This document shows, piece by piece, positions 8,548-17,600 of a stretch of 17,666 nucleotides of DNA. Origin of the DNA: Promethearchaeota archaeon. GTDB lineage: Archaea; Asgardarchaeota; Lokiarchaeia; Sigyniarchaeales; SOKP01. The stretch lies in contig JAFGOA010000082.1 of NCBI GenBank assembly GCA_016926735.1, positions 1 through 17,666 of the forward strand, in the 5' to 3' direction. The notes below the pieces were generated by a model. That model had not been told where the DNA came from and did no database searches. It worked only from the letters and a program-made list of their open reading frames with translations. How positions within the stretch are numbered: position 1 is the stretch's first letter; every line of letters begins with the position of its first letter. The translations under genes were made by a program, and so were the position numbers.

Positions 8548-11500
8548 ATAGTAAGATTAAAAAAAGAAGAAGAAGTATTTTTAGAAGATTTGAGACACCA
8601 TTTGAGAAGATCAATTTTTGAATATATTCCTAAGGTACCTAAAATAGATCCTAAAACAACTGGAATTAAAATTAAGCGTGATAGGATTATAGGTATAAGT
8701 ATAGTAAAAAATATTAATATCTCTTTATTCCCAGAGTCAATTAAATTCCTTACAAAACTAAGAGAAATATATATAAGAAGTCTCTCACCTGTTCATTTCC
8801 CTGATTCAATAAAAAAGCTTAAATCACTTAAAATATTATATTTAAGACATGTTAGGCTATTTGAATTTCCAGAAGGAATTGGAAAATTAGAAAATCTCCA
8901 ATATCTTAATATGGGGTGGAATGATCTAAAAGAGATTTCTGAATCCATTGGAAATCTTAAAAAGCTTAATATCCTTATCATAACATGGAATCATAAATTG
9001 ATGCATCTTCCAGAATCAATAGGAAACCTTAATAACCTTCAAATACTTAAACTAAAAAATAATTATCTATTTGATATTCCCGATTCAATTGGAGAGTTAG
9101 AAAACCTTCATTCTCTTAATTTAAGTAATAACAAAATAGAAGAATTACCAAATGCAATTGGAAATCTAATACATCTTAAAGAACTTAATTTAAGTAATAA
9201 CAAAATAAAAGAATTACCAAACACATTTGGAAACCTAATAAATCTCAAAGAGCTTAATTTTGATCTCAATCATATAGAGGAGATCCCAAAATCTTTTAAA
9301 AAATTAAGAAATCTTCAATCTCTTAATTTTAAGCGAAATTATCTAAAAGAGATTCCCAAATCAATTAGAAAATTAGAAAAACTTCAATGTATTAATTTAG
9401 AAGAGTGTACCTTGAAAAAGATTCCAAAGTCAATTGGAAAGTTAAAGTGTCTTAAAGAACTTAATTTAGAGTATAATTATTTAACAGAATTACCAAATAC
9501 TATTGGAAATCTAATAAATCTCGAAGTTCTTAATTTAAAGGATAATAAATTGACAGAATTACCAAATACAATCGGAAATCTATTTAATCTCAAGAAAATT
9601 AATTTAAAGAGTAATAAATTAGCAAAATTACCAAATACTATTGGAAATCTAATAACTCTCGAAGTTCTTAATTTAAAAGATAATAAATTGACAGAATTAC
9701 CAAATTCGATTGGAAATCTAATAAATCTCAAAATTCTTAATTTAAAGTCTTGTAGATTAAAAGATTTACCAAATACATTTGGAAATCTAATACATCTTAA
9801 AGAACTTGTATTAAATAATGTTAGATTTGCAAAATTTCCAGAATATATATATAAATTAAGAAATCTTAAAAAAGTTGAAATAAATGGAATTATTTCAGAT
9901 TCTATAATAGAAATTTCAGAATCTATAGGTGATCTCATAAACCTTGAGGAATTAAACTTACATCTTATAAGAATTAGCTCTTCATTAAAAATCCCAGAAA
10001 CAATTGGAAAATTAAAAAATATTAAGAAAATTTATTTAAATCATTTGCAAGAACTTCCAAAAACTATTGGAGATTTAGAAAATCTGCAAATACTTAGATT
10101 ACGTTCCAGTCAATTGAAAGAATTACCAAATTCGATTGGAAATTTAAAAAATCTACAACGACTTGGATTAAGTTCTAGTCTATTGAGAAAATTGCCAAAT
10201 TCGATTGGAAATTTAAAAAATCTAAAAAAATTACTTCTAATTGATAGTGAATTAACAGAGCTTCCAGAAACTATTGGAGATTTACTAAATCTTGAGGAAA
10301 TAAGTTTAAACAAAAATAAATTAATAAAATTACCAGAATCAATTGGACAATTGAAAAATCTTAAGGAATTAGATATTAGTTATAATCACCTAGTTAAAAT
10401 TCTTGAATCTATAGATAAATTATCAAACCTACAAACACTTATTTTGAATAACAATAATATTACACATATTCCTGAATCTATAGGTAATTTATCAAACCTA
10501 CAAACACTTATTTTGAATAATAATAATCTTACACATATTCCTGAATCCATAGGTAATTTATCAAACCTACAAACACTTATTTTAAATAATAATAATCTTA
10601 CACATATTCCTGAATCTATAGGTAATTTATCAAACCTACAAACACTTATTTTAAATAATAATAATCTTACAGATATTCCTGAATCTATAGGAAACTTAAA
10701 AAAAATAAGAGAGCTTAATTTAGGGCATAATCAATTATTGGAACTTCCAGAGACAATAGGAAATCTAATAAAAATAAAAGAATTAAATTTAGAGCATAAT
10801 AAATTATTAGAACTTCCAGAGACAATAGGTTCTTTAAAATATATTTTAAAATTAAGTTTAAACAATAATCTATTGAAATCGATTCCAGATTTAATAGGAT
10901 ACTTAAATAATCTAATAGAACTAAACTTAGAGTATAATACTCTCCAACAACTTCCAGAGGATATAGGCAAATTATCTAACCTCCGAGCACTTATTTTAAA
11001 TAATAATTATCTGATAGATATACCTGAATCAATAGGAAATTTAAAACATCTTAAAGAGTTTAATTTAAGCTATAATCAATTAGTGGAGCTTCCAAACACA
11101 TTAGGAGATTTAAATCGTATTTCAGAATTAAATCTAAGCCATAATCTATTAAATGTTATTCCAGATTCTTTAGGTAATTTAAGAACTCTAAGAAAGCTCA
11201 ATTTAGAAGGTAATCATTTAATAAATATACCTGATTCAATAAAAAACCTAAATTTACAATGGCCAATTGCGAAAAATTTGTCAAAATACTTTGATATAAA
11301 AATTTGGGAAAAATTGGAAATTTTCTTTTTTAAAAAAGATTCACAAAATATTTTGCAAACCATATCCCAACCATATGTAATTTATGAGAATAGATTAAGT
11401 TTACTGAACGAGGTAATCAAAAATTTAATGATAAAATATTATTCTGAAGGAATAACCACCCAAACCTATGATCCAAATATAAATACAATTATTTATAATA

Positions 11501-11994
11501 TTTTAAAAATGATTAATTTTTTTCATAAGTCTACTTTGAATTATTATATACTTCCTGGAAATTCTAATAAACCAGATTATAACAAACTTAGTCAACTATT
11601 TTTTGGATGTAGTAAAGAAACATTCTATGAGAAATTAGTTAATAATCAAATTAAATTAGATTCCATTAGACGACCTACTTTAGTTTTGATTGGAGATATT
11701 GCATATATTTTTTATAAATGGAATGATGAAAAATCTAATGAAGATAAGTTCATTCTGAAAGATATCTATAATGCATTTATAACAAAAACGAATCAATATC
11801 AAAAAATTAATTTATCAACTCAAATAACCCAGGATGATTTTCTGAATATTATTATCATTTTTACTAATAATAAACTTCTAGATTTATCATATAATTCTGA
11901 AAATACAGAGTGGAGAATAATAAATGAAAATAATTTAAAATGCTTTTATCAATCCAATTCTTTATTTTATTTATTAGATCAGATATTTTACTAA
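8548..11994 (+). CDS. Large leucine-rich-repeat protein (about 35-37 23-aa LRRs) with an uncharacterised C-terminal domain
   Basis: Repeated LPxSIGNLxNLxxLxLxxNxL units. The ORF track starts at TTG 8590, but the frame is open from 8533, with ATA at 8548 after SD-like GATGTGA. Confidence 0.95.
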   Translation: MVRLKKEEEVFLEDLRHHLRRSIFEYIPKVPKIDPKTTGIKIKRDRIIGISIVKNINISLFPESIKFLTKLREIYIRSLSPVHFPDSIKKLKSLKILYLRHVRLFEFPEGIGKLENLQYLNMGWNDLKEISESIGNLKKLNILIITWNHKLMHLPESIGNLNNLQILKLKNNYLFDIPDSIGELENLHSLNLSNNKIEELPNAIGNLIHLKELNLSNNKIKELPNTFGNLINLKELNFDLNHIEEIPKSFKKLRNLQSLNFKRNYLKEIPKSIRKLEKLQCINLEECTLKKIPKSIGKLKCLKELNLEYNYLTELPNTIGNLINLEVLNLKDNKLTELPNTIGNLFNLKKINLKSNKLAKLPNTIGNLITLEVLNLKDNKLTELPNSIGNLINLKILNLKSCRLKDLPNTFGNLIHLKELVLNNVRFAKFPEYIYKLRNLKKVEINGIISDSIIEISESIGDLINLEELNLHLIRISSSLKIPETIGKLKNIKKIYLNHLQELPKTIGDLENLQILRLRSSQLKELPNSIGNLKNLQRLGLSSSLLRKLPNSIGNLKNLKKLLLIDSELTELPETIGDLLNLEEISLNKNKLIKLPESIGQLKNLKELDISYNHLVKILESIDKLSNLQTLILNNNNITHIPESIGNLSNLQTLILNNNNLTHIPESIGNLSNLQTLILNNNNLTHIPESIGNLSNLQTLILNNNNLTDIPESIGNLKKIRELNLGHNQLLELPETIGNLIKIKELNLEHNKLLELPETIGSLKYILKLSLNNNLLKSIPDLIGYLNNLIELNLEYNTLQQLPEDIGKLSNLRALILNNNYLIDIPESIGNLKHLKEFNLSYNQLVELPNTLGDLNRISELNLSHNLLNVIPDSLGNLRTLRKLNLEGNHLINIPDSIKNLNLQWPIAKNLSKYFDIKIWEKLEIFFFKKDSQNILQTISQPYVIYENRLSLLNEVIKNLMIKYYSEGITTQTYDPNINTIIYNILKMINFFHKSTLNYYILPGNSNKPDYNKLSQLFFGCSKETFYEKLVNNQIKLDSIRRPTLVLIGDIAYIFYKWNDEKSNEDKFILKDIYNAFITKTNQYQKINLSTQITQDDFLNIIIIFTNNKLLDLSYNSENTEWRIINENNLKCFYQSNSLFYLLDQIFY
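10402..10691 (+). repeat. Near-perfect 69-bp tandem repeat (4 units plus a partial) inside the LRR gene
   Basis: CCTGAATCTATAGGTAATTTATCAAACCTACAAACACTTATTTT(G/A)AATAATAATAATCTTACACATATT units at ~10402, 10471, 10540 and 10609. Confidence 0.95.
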
Positions 11995-12002
11995 GATATA
12001 TG

Positions 12003-12044
12003 ATTCAGCGTGAAATGGGGGTATTACTAAATGCACTCTAATAA
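12003..12044 (+). repeat. Boundary site copy 4
   Basis: ATTCAGCGTGAAATGGGGGTATTACTAA-atgcact-CTAATAA, starting 8 bp after the LRR stop codon. Confidence 0.95.
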
Positions 12045-12270
12045 ATGATTTCGGTTATATTTTTTAAGAAATGAGAATATTATTAATATATAAGAAATAT
12101 TTAGTAAGATATCTAAATCTTTAAAGAATCTCTACCTATTTTATATCAATTCTACGTAAATTATCAGTAGTTAGTAAGAATAGATGATTTTTTTTCTCTG
12201 CAATTTCCTCAAAATTTTAATTAGAGTTTTATAAAATAAAAAAGATATAAGTAAATTAATTTATATCTAA

Positions 12271-12327
12271 GGTTTTTATGGAAAAGTTGATAAATATAAT
12301 AAATGTTTACTAAAGCAGAACTGATAA
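12271..12327 (+). repeat. Degenerate boundary site
   Basis: GGTTTTTATGGAAAAG arm, then AAATGTTTACTAA-agcagaa-CTGATAA. The N7 geometry is kept but the G-run is lost. Confidence 0.5.
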
Positions 12328-12500
12328 GGTTTACTTATTTTGGTTAATTCTTTCTATTAGTTCTTATTAAGCTTTATAATTTTAAGTTTTCCGATTATTG
12401 GAAAAAAGTGATATCTAAACAATATTGTTTTGGGCAGGAGTTCATCAGATCTATTCTTAAATATCACTCCTATAACCTTCTACTTAAAAAAAAAAAAGGA

Positions 12501-13328
12501 TTAAATATTATTAATATCTTCTATAATTTTGAACCCTCTCTTTTGAAGGCTTTTCTTAAGAGCTTCACTCAGTTTTACTACTTTAGACTCATAAAATAGA
12601 ATGGCGGGGATACAAACCGCAATAGATATAAATGGCATATTTATCATTAGGATAAGCCCAAGTAGCCAATCTGAAGGATTTAAATCCAAAATAAAATTTT
12701 CTATAGCTAATAGTCCGATTGCAAAGAGCGTACTAATCCCTACGTATCCTTTTACTATACTATAAATGTCCTTATATACGCCTTCTATATCAGGTAATAA
12801 TCTAGAACCCTCTTTCCTTGATTTTTGTGAGCACATAATACTTGAATCCTGTAAAAGCCATATTGGTGCAATAATGATGATTAAAAAGGGTATAATAAAG
12901 AGAGTTGCTATTGTATTCACTATCAGATCACTCCCCGAAAGAGAAAGAATAATATTACGATGAATAAGTTGTGAGAGAAATGTTCCAATGCTAAAGCCAA
13001 ATAATCCCATAATTATAACTCTCGCCATCATAGTGCTAAATCTTAGCTCTTTATGTGGATTTTGAAGAATCGCATATCTGAAACGCTTTAGTTTCATTAT
13101 ATTATGTAATTTAAAAAATATAATTGACATAGGGACTTCAAGAAGGATTATCAAAACAATCATAATAATTGGAGAAAATACAAAAAAATAGAGAATATCA
13201 ATATATGCATTTTCTCCAGGGATTAATAAAGTGATATCATTAGCATCCTGACTTGCTATAAGTAAAACCATTAATATCGGAACTTGGAATACTATAGAAA
13301 AAGCTATCATCTTATAGTTTCGTTTCAT
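12501..13328 (-). CDS. Hypothetical multi-pass membrane protein (~6 TM)
   Basis: 275-aa ORF with about six hydrophobic segments, ATG start, and a T-run immediately after the stop. Confidence 0.85.
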   Translation of the reverse strand: MKRNYKMIAFSIVFQVPILMVLLIASQDANDITLLIPGENAYIDILYFFVFSPIIMIVLIILLEVPMSIIFFKLHNIMKLKRFRYAILQNPHKELRFSTMMARVIIMGLFGFSIGTFLSQLIHRNIILSLSGSDLIVNTIATLFIIPFLIIIIAPIWLLQDSSIMCSQKSRKEGSRLLPDIEGVYKDIYSIVKGYVGISTLFAIGLLAIENFILDLNPSDWLLGLILMINMPFISIAVCIPAILFYESKVVKLSEALKKSLQKRGFKIIEDINNI

Positions 13329-13373
13329 TTATTAAGCTCATCTTTGACTAAAAAATTTTAATTAATAAAAGAA

Positions 13374-13408
13374 TTAGAAGTTAATATATATTCTTTTTTT
13401 AATTTTTA
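13374..13408 (-). promoter_or_regulatory. Putative archaeal BRE/TATA promoter for the membrane-protein gene
   Basis: Minus strand AAAAAAAGAA-TATATATTAA about 55 bp upstream of ATG 13328. An identical block sits at 7005-7039. Confidence 0.45.
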
Positions 13409-13869
13409 CTGATTCTTATTAATGAGGAATGGAATACAACATTTAAGTTATTTAAATCTATTCTTGACAAAGATCTTATCTCATTTCAAAAAATAAAGAA
13501 GATTTTTATTAAAATTTTTAAATTAATTGAAAATGATAAAGAATATTAATAACTTTAGAATTAAATATGTTTAAAATTGTATTAATTCCAGAATTTATCC
13601 CATATATCCAATAAAAAATAACTAATACAAATCAAATAAAAAATAATATTGATAAATATTCTGCCTCATTATTATTAATAAAACTATTTTTCATGGAAAT
13701 TTTAATAAAATCGTTATTAAATAGAAAATTAAACTTTTGATTATAGAGAAATTTGAATTATTAGAGAACATCGAATAGTATTTTCTATTATAAACCAATT
13801 ACATTGTAAAAGATATATATCTTTAGAGTTATACAAAGCTTATTATTAGAAAATTATCAGTTATATATT

Positions 13870-15210
13870 ATGATTCCGACAATAGGTTTTTTCATAGATT
13901 GGATCTCTTCTGCTAATCATATTGAATTAATATTAAGTTTAGAAGAAGCTGCTAAAAAAGCTGGAGTTAATTTATTGACAATAATGGGAGGTGCATTAAA
14001 TTCTCCAAAAATATATGAAGCTAAAAGTAATAAACTTTACAACAATCCTAAAGATATACCAATTGACGGACTTATAATAGAATCTGGTTTATTAGGATTG
14101 TATTGTAATTATCTTCAAATGAAGGAGTTTATCAGTAGATTCAATCATATTCCAGTGGTAAGTCTATCAAAAAAGATCGAAAGCATTCATACAATTATTA
14201 TTGATGCTTCTAAAGGATTTAATGAATTAATATCTCACGTTATAAAAAAGCATAAATGTCAAAATTTTGCGTATATTAGTGGTCCAAAAGAAAATGACGA
14301 CTCTAATAAAAGATTAGAAGTTTTTAAATCAACCCTCAAGGAAAATCAAATCACCTGGAATGAAAAGGCGATTTATTATGGTAAATTTATAAACACATCT
14401 GGAAATGAAGCAATTAATTATTTTTTTGATGACCTCAATATTTCACCCGACGTTATTGTTGCGGCAAATGATGATATGGCAATGGGTGCAATTAATGAAT
14501 TAAAAAAACGTAAAATTCTAATCCCAGATACCATAAAAATAATCGGTTTTGATGATCAAATTAACGCAAAATTTTTCAATCCTCCACTTTCAACCGTAAA
14601 AATCCCAACGAATCAAATATGTGAAAAGGCAATCGAAGTAATTAAGGATTTAATAGATGGAAAAAAAAAGGATGAATTAATTGAAATTCCAACAAAAATG
14701 ATCATACGTTCATCCTGTGGATGCGATAATTCAAGAACAAATGAATCAAATTCTGATAATTTCAATCTTCTTCCAAAAAAACAAAAAATAATTATTAATT
14801 TTATAGATGCATATAGAAATATAGGCTACACTCGTGATATAGGCCTTCTTGAAAAAGTAATTCCATATCTATTTGATAATACTAACATATTATTATGCAT
14901 TATTTCATTCTTCCAAAATAATTCCTCAGAAAATCTTAGTCCAGTATTAAAATATATGAATAATGAAGCAAAAATCTCAAAATTTAAAGAAATATTTAAA
15001 AATCCTTATCATTTATTAAAATCTCTTCTGAGATCAGAAAACCCTATCAATATTCGTCTATTTTCTATCATTTTTCAAGATAAAGTAATTGGAACTATCA
15101 TATATCAAGTGAAATTAGATGGAAATCTCTTAGGAAGCGCAATGCGGACCAATTTACTAGATAATTTAGCAAAAACATTATATATCCATCAATTTTTGAA
15201 TCATTATTAA
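13870..15210 (+). CDS. LacI/GalR-type sugar-binding (periplasmic-binding-protein fold) sensor protein lacking the N-terminal HTH
   Basis: Begins directly at TIGFFID. Motifs AYISGP, AANDDMAMG, IIGFDD, PPLSTV, IIRSSCGC. C-terminal GAF-like region, no output domain. Confidence 0.88.
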   Translation: MIPTIGFFIDWISSANHIELILSLEEAAKKAGVNLLTIMGGALNSPKIYEAKSNKLYNNPKDIPIDGLIIESGLLGLYCNYLQMKEFISRFNHIPVVSLSKKIESIHTIIIDASKGFNELISHVIKKHKCQNFAYISGPKENDDSNKRLEVFKSTLKENQITWNEKAIYYGKFINTSGNEAINYFFDDLNISPDVIVAANDDMAMGAINELKKRKILIPDTIKIIGFDDQINAKFFNPPLSTVKIPTNQICEKAIEVIKDLIDGKKKDELIEIPTKMIIRSSCGCDNSRTNESNSDNFNLLPKKQKIIINFIDAYRNIGYTRDIGLLEKVIPYLFDNTNILLCIISFFQNNSSENLSPVLKYMNNEAKISKFKEIFKNPYHLLKSLLRSENPINIRLFSIIFQDKVIGTIIYQVKLDGNLLGSAMRTNLLDNLAKTLYIHQFLNHY

Positions 15211-15514
15211 ATTTCATAGTCAGTAGAAGATATCTATTTCTTTAAAATCTTTTTTATCTTTTGATTTTATTTATTTTAATTTTTAATGAAAATTCTATGA
15301 AAATAGCTATAGAACGGTAATTTCTAATTCCGAATTTAGTGAAAATTTCATAAAAAATTATTTTTTTATTATAATATTATTGATATATATGTCTAAATAA
15401 TGTAAATCAACTTGAAACAGTTATCAGTTTTTACATAGAATTAATCATAAATCAGAAAAATATGTCTTTATGATATGATTATTGGAATATTTAACTAAAA
15501 CATAAAAGACCTCC

Positions 15515-15757
15515 TTAAACAGAAACTAATGAAAACATTATTCCTAACACACTTAAAATCAAACTTGCATTTAATAGCTTACTTTTCCTTTCAACTTTAT
15601 TTGTTTTAATATATAAAAATAATGAAAGAAATCCAATAACAACACCACAAAATTCAGTTACTATTGCTATATAATTTTCAAAATTAGAGGCAGCGTGATA
15701 ATGTTGTATAAATGCAGAACCCAAACTTCTAAGTCCTAAAAACCAAAAATAAAACAT
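15515..15757 (-). CDS. Small hypothetical membrane protein (possibly a fragment)
   Basis: 80-aa ORF with 2-3 hydrophobic segments. Confidence 0.5.
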   Translation of the reverse strand: MFYFWFLGLRSLGSAFIQHYHAASNFENYIAIVTEFCGVVIGFLSLFLYIKTNKVERKSKLLNASLILSVLGIMFSLVSV

Positions 15758-15930
15758 AATTTTGAATATCTAAAATTAGATAAATTATAATTATCTTTCA
15801 TAATCGAATAGTTATTACGATCTTATATAAAATAATCAGGAATAAAATTCTCTATATATAATAAAAAAATATCTATAAAATCTTATTGAAAAAAAGGTCT
15901 TTATATCATCATATATTCGTATTAGAAATA

Positions 15931-15971
15931 ATCATCGTGAAATGGGGGTATCACTAAAATCGCGCTAATAA
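15931..15971 (+). repeat. Boundary site copy 5
   Basis: ATCATCGTGAAATGGGGGTATCACTAA-aatcgcg-CTAATAA. ATTAAT 40 bp after CTAATA, and the downstream arm is homologous to copy 1. Confidence 0.95.
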
Positions 15972-16188
15972 ACGATATCAATTGGATTCTCTAAATTTGA
16001 AGGGATTAATATGAATAATATAATGTTCCAATACGATTGCTTAACATTCAGAAGACTCATAAAAGAAATGTATTTATTTGATAATTCTTAAATATTATTC
16101 TTAATTGCTATAACTATAATTATTATTTGAAATAAAAGATAAATATAAAAGGCTTTTCTATCATTTCCTTCTATGATTGTGATTAAAA

Positions 16189-16800
16189 TTGTTCGTGGCG
16201 TGGTTAAATTTCATCTTTTTTAATGTTTTTGAAATATTGATGATATATTTTGCTAAAATCGGTTCTATGCCATTTATCCGAGAGAAAAAGCGTGGTGAAA
16301 AAGCATGGGAGGAAAGTGCTCGATACCGAAGTTTTTTTGGAATTTTCGAATTAGGAATGATTATATGCATTTTCTTATGGATTTGGTTTCCAATTCCCCA
16401 ACTAAGTTGGTTAATTAACCAAAATATCTTTATTAGTATCTTTATTGGAATTTGCATAAGCATTCCTAGTTTATTACTTTTGATAAAGGGAATGAAAGAT
16501 GCTGGTGAGGAGAGCTTACATCCCTCTAAAGAAACTAAAATGTTTGGCGGAATTTATAGACATATTCGTCATCCTCAAAACTTAGGCGAGTTTTCACTCT
16601 TTATTGTTTTGGCTTTTTGTATTAATTCACTCTTTCTCGTTCTTTGGGTCACAACTAACGTGATTATATTAATTTTAATTGTTAGCTATTTTGAAGAGAA
16701 AGATTTAGTTGAGCGATTTGGCGAATCTTATATTAAATATAAGCAAACAACAGGAGCATTCTTCCCTAAAATTAGAAAGAGTTTGAATAAAGAAGAGTAA
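16189..16800 (+). CDS. Isoprenylcysteine carboxyl methyltransferase / PEMT-family membrane methyltransferase
   Basis: Motifs GGIYRHIRHPQNLGE and EEKDLVERFGESYIKYKQTTGAFFP, with multiple TM helices. Confidence 0.9.
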   Translation: MFVAWLNFIFFNVFEILMIYFAKIGSMPFIREKKRGEKAWEESARYRSFFGIFELGMIICIFLWIWFPIPQLSWLINQNIFISIFIGICISIPSLLLLIKGMKDAGEESLHPSKETKMFGGIYRHIRHPQNLGEFSLFIVLAFCINSLFLVLWVTTNVIILILIVSYFEEKDLVERFGESYIKYKQTTGAFFPKIRKSLNKEE

Positions 16801-16875
16801 TTCTGTAACTATATTACATTTTTCTGATAACTATCTAAAAGATAAAAATTATTTTTATTATAATTAAGAAAAGGT

Positions 16876-16949
16876 TTTTAATGGAAAATGTAATAATTTT
16901 AATGGAAAATGGATCTGAAATGGGGTTATCACTAAGCTCACTCTAAAGA
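16876..16949 (+). repeat. Boundary site copy 6
   Basis: TTTTAATGGA x2, then TGAAATGGGGTTATCACTAA-gctcact-CTAAAGA. ATGG at 16881/16902/16920 (spacing 21/18); ATTAAT at +40 (16983). Confidence 0.92.
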
Positions 16950-17258
16950 AGAAAAACAATTATGTTATTACAAGAGAAGATTATTAATTAATAAACTAAA
17001 GAATTTTAGTATAAAATTTAAATTTCTTAAAAAATAAATAAAAAATAGCATACCAATTGACTCTTTAATTAAAATTTGAAAAAAATCGAATTTATAAATT
17101 GGGATTTAATAAATAGAGAAATCGATAAATATAAAATTGATTATTTAATTTTTCCCCTTTTTTAATCAACTTTTTTAAAGATGAGGACTTTATAAAAATT
17201 TTTATTTCTTAATATTATTATTATGAAATGATGCAACACTCAAATAAATTCCTTCTTG

Positions 17259-17600
17259 TTATTTATATTTACCATATTGCATACTCCACTTATCTGCAAT
17301 TTCTAAAAATTTTTTATATCCATTTCTTCTGATATAAATAATCGCTTCTTTATACTTTTTATACTTATATCCATTTTTATTATGAAAATTTTGAATAATT
17401 TCACAAGAGGGATATTTATCACAATCTGCACATGTAATGAAATTATTGTTCATACAACATATTTTCATCTTACATTTTGCCCTTGAGAGATCTCTTTCAC
17501 CATTTTGATAACCTAATTTACACCCTTTACAAAATTTTGTTTCTAATACTTTACACGTCCCACAATAAGCACCGCAACATCCTATCTCTAATTCAGTTAT
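17259..17600 (-). CDS. DUF3795-family Cys-rich protein (113 aa)
   Basis: Extended frame: (M)TELEIGCCGAYCGTCKVLETKFCKGCKLGY...CKMKICC...TCADCDKYPSC. ATA start at 17600, 5 nt after SD GAGGTG. Confidence 0.85.
   Translation of the reverse strand: MTELEIGCCGAYCGTCKVLETKFCKGCKLGYQNGERDLSRAKCKMKICCMNNNFITCADCDKYPSCEIIQNFHNKNGYKYKKYKEAIIYIRRNGYKKFLEIADKWSMQYGKYK

Noticed and set aside
8793-10970. Minus-strand ORFs 8793-8981, 9477-9938, 10110-10313 and 10731-10970
   Set aside because: Antisense shadows of LRR codon periodicity.
12003-12030. Boundary site as an Orc1/Cdc6 origin recognition box (GAAA plus G-string) or a transcription-factor operator
   Set aside because: The resemblance is superficial. 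Copies are single, kilobases apart, with no cdc6 or DUE-flanking inverted pair, and several sit between convergent gene ends. Disfavoured but not formally excluded.
12405-12470. Hammerhead ribozyme or C/D-box RNA from minus-strand CTGATGA
   Set aside because: No proper stem II plus GAAA geometry, and the second copy reads CTGATGG.
12408-12963. Plus-strand ORFs 12408-12599 and 12766-12963
   Set aside because: They overlap the membrane-protein gene antisense; the first is not kept open in the duplicate at 6891-7003.
16161-16463. Minus-strand 100-aa ORF
   Set aside because: Antisense to the well-supported ICMT-family gene.
171-16949. Boundary repeats as a CRISPR array
   Set aside because: The intervals are 1-6.5 kb and contain whole genes; no cas genes and no 30-40 bp spacers.
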